Part shown: one piece after another, positions 43,229 to 57,900 of the stretch | Layout of the letters: each line of letters opens with the position of its first letter | How positions within the stretch are numbered: position 1 is the stretch's first letter | Assembly (NCBI RefSeq): GCF_009914755.1 | Contig: NC_060925.1 | DNA: 64,000 bases | Reading direction: 5' to 3' (one strand) | Source of the DNA: the human T2T-CHM13v2.0 reference genome, Homo sapiens | The notes under the pieces: generated by a model | Seen by the model: the letters and a program-made list of their open reading frames with translations, nothing else | What the model was told of the DNA's origin: nothing | Databases searched by the model: none | Program-made: the position numbers and the translations under genes

Positions 43229-46200
43229 ATGGAATCGTCATCGAATGAATTGAATGCAATCATCGAATGGTCTCGAATGGAATCATCTTCTAATGGAAAG
43301 GAATGGAATCATCGCATAGAATCGAATGGAATTATCATCGAATGGAATCGAATGGTATCAACACCAAACGGAAAAAAACGGAATTATCGAATGGAATCGA
43401 AGAGAATCTTCGAACGGACCCGAATGGAATCATCTAATGGAATGGAATGGAATAATCCATGGACTCGAATGCAATCATCATCGAATGGAATCGAATGGAG
43501 TCATCGAATGGACTCGAATGGAATAATCATTGAACGGAATCGAATGGAATCATCATCGGATGGAAACGAATGGAATCATCATCGAATGGAAATGAAAGGA
43601 GTCATCATCTAATGGAATTGCATGGAATCATCATAAAATGCAATCGAATGGAATCAACATCAAATGGAATCAAATGGAATCATTGAACGGAATTGAATGG
43701 AATCGTCATCGAATGAATTGACTGCAATCATCGAATGGTCTCGAATGGAATCATCTTCAAATGGAATGGAATGGAATCATCGCATAGAATCGAATGGAAT
43801 TATCATCGAATGGAATCGAATGGAATCAACATCAAACGGAAAAAAACGGAATTATCGAATGGAATCGAAGAGAATCATCGAATGGACCCGAATGGAATCA
43901 TCTAATGGAATGGAATGGAATAATCCATGGACTCGAATGCAATCATCATCGAATGGAATCGAATGGAATCATCGAATGGACTCGAATGGAATAATCATTG
44001 AACGGAATCGAATGGAATCATCATCGGATGGAAATGAATGGAATCATCATCGAATGGAATCGAATAGAATTATGGAATGAAATCCAGTGTGATCATCATC
44101 GAATGGACCCGAATGGAATCATCATCCAACGGAAGCTAATGGAATCAACATCGAATGAATCGAATGGAAACACCATCGAATTGAAACGAATGGAATTATC
44201 ATGAAATTGAAATGGATGGACTCATCATCGAATGGATTCGAATGGAATCATCGAATAAAATTGATTGAAATCATCATCCAATGGAATCGAATGGTATCAT
44301 TGAATGGAAACGAATGGAATCATCATCAGATGGAAATGAATGGAATCGTCATAGAATGGAATCGAATGGATTCATTGAATGGAATCAGATGGAATCATCG
44401 AATGGACTGGAATGGAATCATTGAATGGACTCGAAAGGGATCATTATTGAATGGAATTGAATGGAATCATCGAATGGTCTCGATTGGAATCATTATCAAA
44501 TGGAATCGAATGGAATCACCGAATAGAATCGAATGGAACAATCATCGAATGGACTCAAATGGAATTATCCTCCAATGGAATCGAATGGAATTATCGAATG
44601 CAATCGAATGGAATTATCGAATGCAATCGAATAGAATCATCGAATGGACTCGAATGGAATCATCGAATGGAATGGAATGGAACAGTCAATGAACTCGAAT
44701 GGAATCATCATTGAATGGAATCGAATGGAATCATCGAGTGGAATCGAATGGAATTATGATCAAATGGAATCGAATGTAATCATCATCAAATGGAATCAAA
44801 AATAACCATCATCAATTGGTATTGAATGGAATTGTCATCAAATGGAATTCAAAGGAATCATCATCAAATGGAACCGAATGGAATCCTCATTGAATGGAAA
44901 TGAAAGGGGTCATCATCTAATGGAATCGCATGGAATCATCATCAAATGGAATCGAATGGAATCATCATCAAATGGAATCTAATGGAATCATTGAACAGAA
45001 TTGAATGGAATCGTCATCGAATGAATTGAATGCAATCATCGAATGGTCTCGAATGGAATCATCTTCTAATGGAAAGGAATGGAATCATCGCATAGAATCG
45101 AATGGAATTATCATCGAATGGAATCGAATGGTATCAACACCAAACGGAAAAAAACGGAATTATCGAATGGAATCGAAGAGAATCTTCGAACGGACCCGAA
45201 TGGAATCATCTAATGGAATGGAATGGAATAATCCATGGACTCGAATGCAATCATCATCGAATGGAATCGAATGGAATCATCGAATGGACTCGAATGGAAT
45301 AATCATTGAACGGAATCGAATGGAATCATCATCGGATGGAAATGAATGGAATCATCATCGAATGGAAATGAAAGGAGTCATCATCTAATGGAATTGCATG
45401 GAATCATTATAAAATGGAATCGAATGGAATCAACATCAAATGGAATCAAATGGAATCATTGAACGGAATTGAATGGAATCGTCATCGAATGAATTGACTG
45501 CAATCATCGAATGGTCTCGAATGGAATCATCTTCAAATGGAATGGAATGGAATCATCGCATAGAATCGAATGGAATTATCATCGAATGGAATCGAATGGA
45601 ATCAACATCAAACGGAAAAAAACGGAATTATCGAATGGAATCGAAGAGAATCATCGAATGGACCCGAATGGAATCATCTAATGGAATGGAATGGAATAAT
45701 CCATGGACTCGAATGCAATCATCATCGAATGGAATCGAATGGAATCATCGAATGGACTCGAATGGAATAATCATTGAACGGAATCGAATGGAATCATCAT
45801 CGGATGGAAATGAATGGAATCATCATCGAATGGAATCGAATAGAATTATGGAATGAAATCCAGTGTGATCATCATCGAATGGACCCGAATGGAATCATCA
45901 TCCAACGGAAGCTAATGGAATCAACATCGAATGAATCGAATGGAAACACCATCGAATTGAAACGAATGGAATTATCATGAAATTGAAATGGATGGACTCA
46001 TCATCGAATGGATTCGAATGGAATCATCGAATAAAATTGATTGAAATCATCATCGAATGGAATCGAATGGTATCATTGAATGGAATCGAATGGAATCATC
46101 ATCAGATGGAAATGAATGGAATCGTCATAGAATGGAATCGAATGGATTCATTGAATGGAATCAGATGGAATCATCGAATGGACTGGAATGGAATCATTGA

Positions 46201-46754
46201 ATGGACTCGAAAGGGATCATTATTGAATGGAATTGAATGGAATCATCGAATGGTCTCGATTGGAATCATTACCAAATGGAATCGAATGGAATCACCGAAT
46301 AGAATCGAATGGAACAATCATCGAATGGACTCAAATGGAATTATCCTCAAATGGAATCGAATGGAATTATCGAATGCAATCGAATGAAATTATCGAATGC
46401 AATCGAATAGAATCATCGAATGGACTCGAATGGAATCATCGAATGGAATGTAATGGAACAGTCAATGAACTCGAATGGAATCATCATTGAATGGAATCGA
46501 ATGGAATCATCGAGTGGAATCGAATGTAATCATCATCAAATGGAATCAAAAATAACCATCATCAATTGGTATTGAATGGAATTGTCATCAAATGGAATTC
46601 AAAGGAATCATCATCAAATGGAACCGAATGGAATCCTCATTGAATGGAAATGAAAGGGGTCATCATCTAATGGAATCGCATGGAATCATCATCAAATGGA
46701 ATCGAATGGAATCATCATCAAATGGAATATAATGGAATCATTGAACAGAATTGA

Positions 46755-48062
46755 ATGGAATCGTCATCGAATGAATTGACTGCAATCATCGAATGGTCTC
46801 GAATGGAATCATCTTCTAATGGAAAGGAATGGAATCATCGCATAGAATCGAATGGAATTATCATCGAATGGAATCGAATGGAATCAACATCAAACGGAAA
46901 AAAACAGAATTATCGTATGGAATCTAAGAGAATCATCGAATGGACCCGAATGGAATCATCTAATGGAATGGAATGGAATAATCCATGGACTCGAATGCAA
47001 TCATCATCGAATGGAATCGAATGGAATCATCGAATGGACTCGAATGGAATAATCATTGAACGGAATCGAATGGAATCATCATCGGATGGAAATGAATGGA
47101 ATCATCATCGAATGGAATCGAATAGAATTATGGAATGAAATCCAGTGTGATCATCATCGAATGGACCCGAATGGAATCATCATCCAACGGAAGCTAATGG
47201 AATCAACATCGAATGAATCGAATGGAAACACCATCGAATTGAAACGAATGGAATTATCATGAAATTGAAATGGATGGACACATCATCGAATGGATTCGAA
47301 TGGAATCATCGAATAAAATTGATTGAAATCATCATCAAATGGAATCGAATGGTATCATTGAATGGAATCGAATGGAATCATCATCAGATGGAAATGAATG
47401 GAATCGTCATAGAATGGAATCGAATGGATTCATTGAATGGAATCAGATGGAATCATCGAATGGACTGGAATGGAATCATTGAATGGACTCGAAAGGGATC
47501 ATTATTGAATGGAATTGAATGGAATCATCGAATGGTCTCGATTGGAATCATTACCAAATGGAATCGAATGGAATCACCGAATAGAATCGAATGGAACAAT
47601 CATCGAATGGACTCAAATGGAATTATCCTCAAATGGAATCGAATGGAATTATCGAATGCAATCGAATGGAATTATCGAATGCAATCGAATAGAATCATCG
47701 AATGGACTCGAATGGAATCATCGAATGGAATGGAATGGAACAGTCAATGAACTCGAATGGAATCATCATTGAATGGAATCGAATGGAATCATCGAGTGGA
47801 ATCGAATGGAATTATGATCAAATGGAATCAAATGTAATCATCATCAAATGGAATCAAAAATAACCATCATCAATTGGTATTGAATGGAATTGTCATCAAA
47901 TGGAATTCAAAGGAATCATCATCAAATGGAACCGAATGGAATCCTCATTGAATGGAAATGAAAGGGGTCATCATCTAATGGAATCGCATGGAATCATCAT
48001 GAAATGGAATCGAATGGAATCATCATCAAATGGAATCTAATGGAATCATTGAACAGAATTGA
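46755..48062 (+). repeat. 1308-bp variant monomer (single mosaic 468-bp sub-repeat)
   Basis: Spacing 46755 to 48063 is 1308 = 1776 - 468, with the normal two 23-mers. The A/B switch point differs from that in the 1331-bp units. Confidence 0.9.
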
Positions 48063-48999
48063 ATGGAATCGTCATCGAATGAATTGAATGCAATCATCGA
48101 ATGGTCTCGAATGGAATCATCTTCTAATGGAAAGGAATGGAATCATCGCATAGAATCGAATGGAATTATCATCGAATGGAATCGAATGGTATCAACACCA
48201 AACGGAAAAAAACGGAATTATCGAATGGAATCGAAGAGAATCTTCGAACGGACCCGAATGGAATCATCTAATGGAATGGAATGGAATAATCCATGGACTC
48301 GAATGCAATCATCATCGAATGGAATCGAATGGAATCATCGAATGGACTCGAATGGAATAATCATTGAACGGAATCGAATGGAATCATCATCGGATGGAAA
48401 TGAATGGAATCATCATCGAATGGAAATGAAAGGAGTCATCATCTAATGGAATTGCATGGAATCATCATAAAATGGAATCGAATGGAATCAACCTCAAATG
48501 GAATCAAATGGAATCATTGAACGGAATTGAATGGAATCGTCATCGAATGAATTGACTGCAATCATCGAATGGTCTCGAATGGAATCATCTTCAAATGGAA
48601 TGGAATGGAATCATCGCATAGAATCGAATGGAATTATCATCGAATGGAATCGAATGGAATCAACATCAAACGGAAAAAAACGGAATTATCGAATGGAATC
48701 GAAGAGAATCATCGAATGGACCCGAATGGAATCATCTAATGGAATGGAATGGAATAATCCATGGACTCGAATGCAATCATCATCGAATGGAATCGAATGG
48801 AATCATCGAATGGACTCGAATGGAATAATCATTGAACGGAATCGAATGGAATCATCATCGGATGGAAATGAATGGAATCATCATCGAATGGAATCGAATA
48901 GAATTATGGAATGAAATCCAGTGTGATCATCATCGAATGGACCCGAATGGAATCATCATCCAACGGAAGCTAATGGAATCAACATCGAATGAATCGAAT

Positions 49000-51900
49000 G
49001 GAAACACCATCGAATTGAAACGAATGGAATTATCATGAAATTGAAATGGATGGACTCATCATCGAATGGATTCGAATGGAATCATCGAATAAAATTGATT
49101 GAAATCATCATCCAATGGAATCGAATGGTATCATTGAATGGAATCGAATGGAATCATCATCAGATGGAAATGAATGGAATCGTCATAGAATGGAATCGAA
49201 TGGATTCATTGAATGGAATCAGATGGAATCATCGAATGGACTGCAATGGAATCATTGAATGGACTCGAAAGGGATCATTATTGAATGGAATTGAATGGAA
49301 TCATTGAATGGTCTCGATTGGAATCATTATCAAATGGAATCGAATGGAATCACCGAATAGAATCGAATGGAACAATCATCGAATGGACTCAAATGGAATT
49401 ATCCTCCAATGGAATCGAATGAAATTATCGAATGCAATCGAATGGAATTATCGAATGCAATCGAATAGAATCATCGAATGGACTCGAATGGAATCATCGA
49501 ATGGAATGGAATGGAACAGTCTATGAACTCGAATGGAATCATCATTGAATGGAATCGAATGGAATCATCGAGTGGAATCGAATGGAGTTATGATCAAATG
49601 GAATCGAATGTAATCATCATCAAATGGAATCAAAAATAACCATCATCAATTGGTATTGAATGGAATTGTCATCAAATGGAATTCAAAGGAATCATCATCA
49701 AATGGAACCGAATGGAATCCTCATTGAATGGAAATGAAAGGGGTCATCATCTAATGGAATCGCATGGAATCATCATCAAATGGAATCGAATGGAATCATC
49801 ATCAAATGGAATCTAATGGAATCATTGAACAGAATTGAATGGAATCGTCATCGAATGAATTGAATGCAATCATCGAATGGTCTCGAATGGAATCATCTTC
49901 TAATGGAAAGGAATGGAATCATCGCATAGAATCGAATGGAATTATCATCGAATGGAATCGAATGGTATCAACACCAAACGGAAAAATACGGAATTATCGA
50001 ATGGAATCGAAGAGAATCTTCGAACGGACCCGAATGGAATCATCTAATGGAATGGAATGGAATAATCCATGGACTCGAATGCAATCATCATCGAATGGAA
50101 TGGAATGGAATCATCGAATGGACTCGAATGGAATAATCATTGAACGGAATCGAATGGAATCATCATCGGATGGAAACGAATGGAATCATCATCGAATGGA
50201 AATGAAAGGAGTCATCATCTAATGGAATTGCATGGAATCATCATAAAATGGAATCGAATGGAATCAACATCAAATGGAATCAAATGGAATCATTGAACGG
50301 AATTGAATGGAATCGTCATCGAATGAATTGACTGCAATCATCGAATGGTCTCGAATGGAATCATCTTCAAATGGAATGGAATGGAATCATCGCATAGAAT
50401 CGAATGGAATTATCATCGAATGGAATCGAATGGAATCAACATCAAACGGAAAAAAACGGAATTATCGAATGGAATCGAAGAGAATCATCGAATGGACCCG
50501 AATGGAATCATCTAATGGAATGGAATGGAATAATCCATGGACTCGAATGCAATCATCATCGAATGGAATCGAATGGAATCATCAAATGGACTCGAATGGA
50601 GTAATCATTGAACGGAATCGAATGGAATCATCATCGGATGGAAATGAATGGAATCATCATCGAATGGAATCGAATAGAATTATGGAATGAAATCCAGTGT
50701 GATCATCATCGAATGGACCCGAATGGAATCATCATCCAACGGAAGCTAATGGAATCAACATCGAATGAATCGAATGGAAACACCATCGAATTGAAACGAA
50801 TGGAATTATCATGAAATTGAAATGGATGGACTCATCATCGAATGGATTCGAATGGAATCATCGAATAAAATTGATTGAAATCATCATCCAATGGAATCGA
50901 ATGGTATCGTTGAATGGAAACGAATGGAATCATCATCAGATGGAAATGAATGGAATCGTCATAGAATGGAATCGAATGGATTCATTGAATGGAATCAGAT
51001 GGAATCATCGAATGGACTGGAATGGAATCATTGAATGGACTCGAAAGGGATCATTATTGAATGGAATTGAATGGAATCATCGAATGGTCTCGATTGGAAT
51101 CATTATCAAATGGAATCGAATGGAATCACCGAATAGAATCGAATGGAACAATCATCGAATGGACTCAAATGGAATTATCCTCCAATGGAATCGAATGGAA
51201 TTATCGAATGCAATCGAATAGAATCATCGAATGGACTCGAATGGAATCATCGAATGGAATGGAATGGAACAGTCAATGAACTCGAATGGAATCATCATTG
51301 AATGGAATCGAATGGAATCATCGAGTGGAATCGAATGGAATTATGATCAAATGGAATCGAATGTAATCATCATCAAATGGAATCAAAAATAACCATCATC
51401 AATTGGTATTGAATGGAATTGTCATCAAATGGAATTCAAAGGAATCATCATCAAATGGAACCGAATGGAATCCTCATTGAATGGAAATGAAAGGGGTCAT
51501 CATCTAATGGAATCGCATGGAATCATCATCAAATGGAATCGAATGGAATCATCATCAAATGGAATCTAATGGAATCATTGAACAGAATTAAATGGAATCG
51601 TCATCGAATGAATTGAATGCAATCATCGAATGGTCTCGAATGGAATCATCTTCTAATGGAAAGGAATGGAATCATCGCATAGAATCGAATGGAATTATCA
51701 TCGAATGGAATCAAATGGTATCAACACCAAACGGAAAAAAACGGAATTATCGAATGGAATCGAAGAGAATCTTCGAACGGACCCAAATGGAATCATCTAA
51801 TGGAATGGAATGGAATAATCCATGGACTCGAATGCAATCATCATCGAATGGAATGGAATGGAATCATCGAATGGACTCGAATGGAATAATCATTGAACGG

Positions 51901-54900
51901 AATCGAATGGAATCATCATCGGATGGAAACGAATGGAATCATCATCGAATGGAAATGAAAGGAGTCATCATCTAATGGAATTGCATGGAATCATCATAAA
52001 ATGGAATCGAATGGAATCAACCTCAAATGGAATCAAATGGAATCATTGAACGGAATTGAATGGAATCGTCATCGAATGAATTGACTGCAATCATCGAATG
52101 GTCTCGAATGGAATCATCTTCAAATGGAATGGAATGGAATCATCGCATAGAATCGAATGGAATTATCATCGAATGGAATCGAATGGAATCAACATCAAAC
52201 GGAAAAAAACGGAATTATCGAATGGAATCGAAGAGAATCATCGAATGGACCCGAATGGAATCATCTAATGGAATGGAATGGAATAATCCATGGACTCGAA
52301 TGCAATCATCATCGAATGGAATCGAATGGAATCATCGAATGGACTCGAATGGAATAATCATTGAACGGAATCGAATGGAATCATCATCGGATGGAAATGA
52401 ATGGAATCATCATCGAATGGAATCGAATAGAATTATGGAATGAAATCCAGTGTGATCATCATCGAATGGACCCGAATGGAATCATCATCCAACGGAAGCT
52501 AATGGAATCAACATCGAATGAATCGAATGGAAACACCATCGAATTGAAACGAATGGAATTATCATGAAATTGAAATGGATGGACTCATCATCGAATGGAT
52601 TCGAATGGAATCATCGAATAAAATTGATTGAAATCATCATCCAATGGAATCGAATGGTATCATTGAATGGAATCGAATGGAATCATCATCAGATGGAAAT
52701 GAATGGAATCGTCATAGAATGGAATCGAATGGATTCATTGAATGGAGTCAGATGGAATCATCGAATGGACTGCAATGGAATCATTGAATGGACTCGAAAG
52801 GGATCATTATTGAATGGAATTGAATGGAATCATCGAATGGTCTCGATTGGAATCATTATCAAATGGAATCGAATGGAATCACCGAATAGAATCGAATGGA
52901 ACAATCATCGAATGGACTCAAATGGAATTATCCTCCAATGGAATCGAATGAAATTATCGAATGCAATCGAATGGAATTATCGAATGCAATCGAATAGAAT
53001 CATCGAATGGACTCGAATGGAATCATCGAATGGAATGGAATGGAACAGTCAATGAACTCGAATGGAATCATCATTGAATGGAATCGAATGGAATCATCGA
53101 GTGGAATCGAATGGAATTATGATCAAATGGAATCGAATGTAATCATCATCAAATGGAATCAAAAATAACCATCATCAATTGGTATTGAATGGAATTGTCA
53201 TCAAATGGAATTCAAAGGAATCATCATCAAATGGAACCGAATGGAATCCTCATTGAATGGAAATGAAAGGGGTCATCATCTAATGGAATCGCATGGAATC
53301 ATCATCAAATGGAATCGAATGGAATCATCATCAAATGGAATCTAATGGAATCATTGAACAGAATTGAATGGAATCGTCATCGAATGAATTGAATGCAATC
53401 ATCGAATGGTCTCGAATGGAATCATCTTCTAATGGAAAGGAATGGAATCATCGCATAGAATCGAATGGAATTATCATCGAATGGAATCAAATGGTATCAA
53501 CACCAAACGGAAAAAAACGGAATTATCGAATGGAATCGAAGAGAATCTTCGAACGGACCCAAATGGAATCATCTAATGGAATGGAATGGAATAATCCATG
53601 GACTCGAATGCAATCATCATCGAATGGAATGGAATGGAATCATCGAATGGACTCGAATGGAATAATCATTGAACGGAATCGAATGGAATCATCATCGGAT
53701 GGAAACGAATGGAATCATCATCGAATGGAAATGAAAGGAGTCATCATCTAATGGAATTGCATGGAATCATCATAAAATGGAATCGAATGGAATCAACATC
53801 AAATGGAATCAAATGGAATCATTGAACGGAATTGAATGGAATCGTCATCGAATGAATTGACTGCAATCATCGAATGGTCTCGAATGGAATCATCTTCAAA
53901 TGGAATGGAATGGAATCATCGCATAGAATCGAATGGAATTATCATCGAATGGAATCGAATGGAATCAACATCAAACGGAAAAAAACAGAATTATCGTGTG
54001 GAATCTAAGAGAATCATCGAATGGACCCGAATGGAATCATCTAATGGAATGGAATGGAATAATCCATGGACTCGAATGCAATCATCATCGAATGGAATCG
54101 AATGGAATCATCGAATGGACTCGAATGGAATAATCATTGAACGGAATCGAATGGAATCATCATCGGATGGAAATGAATGGAATCATCATCGAATGGAATC
54201 GAATAGAATTATGGAATGAAATCCAGTGTGATCATCATCGAATGGACCCGAATGGAATCATCATCCAACGGAAGCTAATGGAATCAACATCGAATGAATC
54301 GAATGGAAACACCATCGAATTGAAACGAATGGAATTATCATGAAATTGAAATGGATGGACTCATCATCGAATGGATTCGAATGGAATCATCGAATAAAAT
54401 TGATTGAAATCATCATCCAATGGAATCGAATGGTATCATTGAATGGAATCGAATGGAATCATCATCAGATGGAAATGAATGGAATCGTCATAGAATGGAA
54501 TCGAATGGATTCATTGAATGGAATCAGATGGAATCATCGAATGGACTGCAATGGAATCATTGAATGGACTCGAAAGGGATCATTATTGAATGGAATTGAA
54601 TGGAATCATCGAATGGTCTCGATTGGAATCATTATCAAATGGAATCGAATGGAATCACCGAATAGAATCGAATGGAACAATCATCGAATGGACTCAAATG
54701 GAATTATCCTCCAATGGAATCGAATGAAATTATCGAATGCAATCGAATGGAATTATCGAATGCAATCGAATAGAATCATCGAATGGACTCGAATGGAATC
54801 ATCGAATGGAATGGAATGGAACAGTCAATGAACTCGAATGGAATCATCATTGAATGGAATCGAATGGAATCATCGAGTGGAATCGAATGGAATTATGATC

Positions 54901-57900
54901 AAATGGAATCGAATGTAATCATCATCAAATGGAATCAAAAATAACCATCATCAATTGGTATTGAATGGAATTGTCATCAAATGGAATTCAAAGGAATCAT
55001 CATCAAATGGAACCGAATGGAATCCTCATTGAATGGAAATGAAAGGGGTCATCATCTAATGGAATCGCATGGAATCATCATCAAATGGAATCGAATGGAA
55101 TCATCATCAAATGGAATCTAATGGAATCATTGAACAGAATTGAATGGAATCGTCATCGAATGAATTGAATGCAATCATCGAATGGTCTCGAATGGAATCA
55201 TCTTCTAATGGAAAGGAATGGAATCATCGCATAGAATCGAATGGAATTATCATCGAATGGAATCGAATGGTATCAACACCAAACGGAAAAATACGGAATT
55301 ATCGAATGGAATCGAAGAGAATCTTCGAACGGACCCGAATGGAATCATCTAATGGAATGGAATGGAATAATCCATGGACTCGAATGCAATCATCATCGAA
55401 TGGAATGGAATGGAATCATCGAATGGACTCGAATGGAATAATCATTGAACGGAATCGAATGGAATCATCATCGGATGGAAACGAATGGAATCATCATCGA
55501 ATGGAAATGAAAGGAGTCATCATCTAATGGAATTGCATGGAATCATCATAAAATGGAATCGAATGGAATCAACATCAAATGGAATCAAATGGAATCATTG
55601 AACGGAATTGAATGGAATCGTCATCGAATGAATTGACTGCAATCATCGAATGGTCTCGAATGGAATCATCTTCAAATGGAATGGAATGGAATCATCGCAT
55701 AGAATCGAATGGAATTATCATCGAATGGAATCGAATGGAATCAACATCAAACGGAAAAAAACGGAATTATCGAATGGAATCGAAGAGAATCATCGAATGG
55801 ACCCGAATGGAATCATCTAATGGAATGGAATGGAATAATCCATGGACTCGAATGCAATCATCATCGAATGGAATCGAATGGAATCATCGAATGGACTCGA
55901 ATGGAGTAATCATTGAACGGAATCGAATGGAATCATCATCGGATGGAAATGAATGGAATCATCATCGAATGGAATCGAATAGAATTATGGAATGAAATCC
56001 AGTGTGATCATCATCGAATGGACCCGAATGGAATCATCATCCAACGGAAGCTAATGGAATCAACATCGAATGAATCGAATGGAAACACCATCGAATTGAA
56101 ACGAATGGAATTATCATGAAATTGAAATGGATGGACTCATCATCGAATGGATTCGAATGGAATCATCGAATAAAATTGATTGAAATCATCATCCAATGGA
56201 ATCGAATGGTATCGTTGAATGGAAACGAATGGAATCATCATCAGATGGAAATGAATGGAATCGTCATAGAATGGAATCGAATGGATTCATTGAATGGAAT
56301 CAGATGGAATCATCGAATGGACTGGAATGGAATCATTGAATGGACTCGAAAGGGATCATTATTGAATGGAATTGAATGGAATCATCGAATGGTCTCGATT
56401 GGAATCATTATCAAATGGAATCGAATGGAATCACCGAATAGAATCGAATGGAACAATCATCGAATGGACTCAAATGGAATTATCCTCCAATGGAATCGAA
56501 TGGAATTATCGAATGCAATCGAATAGAATCATCGAATGGACTCGAATGGAATCATCGAATGGAATGGAATGGAACAGTCAATGAACTCGAATGGAATCAT
56601 CATTGAATGGAATCGAATGGAATCATCGAGTGGAATCGAATGGAATTATGATCAAATGGAATCGAATGTAATCATCATCAAATGGAATCAAAAATAACCA
56701 TCATCAATTGGTATTGAATGGAATTGTCATCAAATGGAATTCAAAGGAATCATCATCAAATGGAACCGAATGGAATCCTCATTGAATGGAAATGAAAGGG
56801 GTCATCATCTAATGGAATCGCATGGAATCATCATCAAATGGAATCGAATGGAATCATCATCAAATGGAATCTAATGGAATCATTGAACAGAATTGAATGG
56901 AATCGTCATCGAATGAATTGAATGCAATCATCGAATGGTCTCGAATGGAATCATCTTCTAATGGAAAGGAATGGAATCATCGCATAGAATCGAATGGAAT
57001 TATCATCGAATGGAATCAAATGGTATCAACACCAAACGGAAAAAAACGGAATTATCGAATGGAATCGAAGAGAATCTTCGAACGGACCCAAATGGAATCA
57101 TCTAATGGAATGGAATGGAATAATCCATGGACTCGAATGCAATCATCATCGAATGGAATGGAATGGAATCATCGAATGGACTCGAATGGAATAATCATTG
57201 AACGGAATCGAATGGAATCATCATCGGATGGAAACGAATGGAATCATCATCGAATGGAAATGAAAGGAGTCATCATCTAATGGAATTGCATGGAATCATC
57301 ATAAAATGGAATCGAATGGAATCAACCTCAAATGGAATCAAATGGAATCATTGAACGGAATTGAATGGAATCGTCATCGAATGAATTGACTGCAATCATC
57401 GAATGGTCTCGAATGGAATCATCTTCAAATGGAATGGAATGGAATCATCGCATAGAATCGAATGGAATTATCATCGAATGGAATCGAATGGAATCAACAT
57501 CAAACGGAAAAAAACGGAATTATCGAATGGAATCGAAGAGAATCATCGAATGGACCCGAATGGAATCATCTAATGGAATGGAATGGAATAATCCATGGAC
57601 TCGAATGCAATCATCATCGAATGGAATCGAATGGAATCATCGAATGGACTCGAATGGAATAATCATTGAACGGAATCGAATGGAATCATCATCGGATGGA
57701 AATGAATGGAATCATCATCGAATGGAATCGAATAGAATTATGGAATGAAATCCAGTGTGATCATCATCGAATGGACCCGAATGGAATCATCATCCAACGG
57801 AAGCTAATGGAATCAACATCGAATGAATCGAATGGAAACACCATCGAATTGAAACGAATGGAATTATCATGAAATTGAAATGGATGGACTCATCATCGAA

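Larger units (their letters stand above)
29380..46750 (+). repeat. ~7.2-kb block duplicated at offset 10185 (~29380-36570 and ~39565-46750)
   Basis: Rare variants paired at offset 10185: 'tgtattcat' ~29708/39893, 'ggacgcgaa' ~30124/40309, 'gaattcaatt' 31291/41476, 'aaggcatc' 32451/42636, 'aaatgcaatc' 33451/43636, 'cattataaa' ~35220/45405, and a 26-bp deletion at ~36337/46522. Confidence 0.88.
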
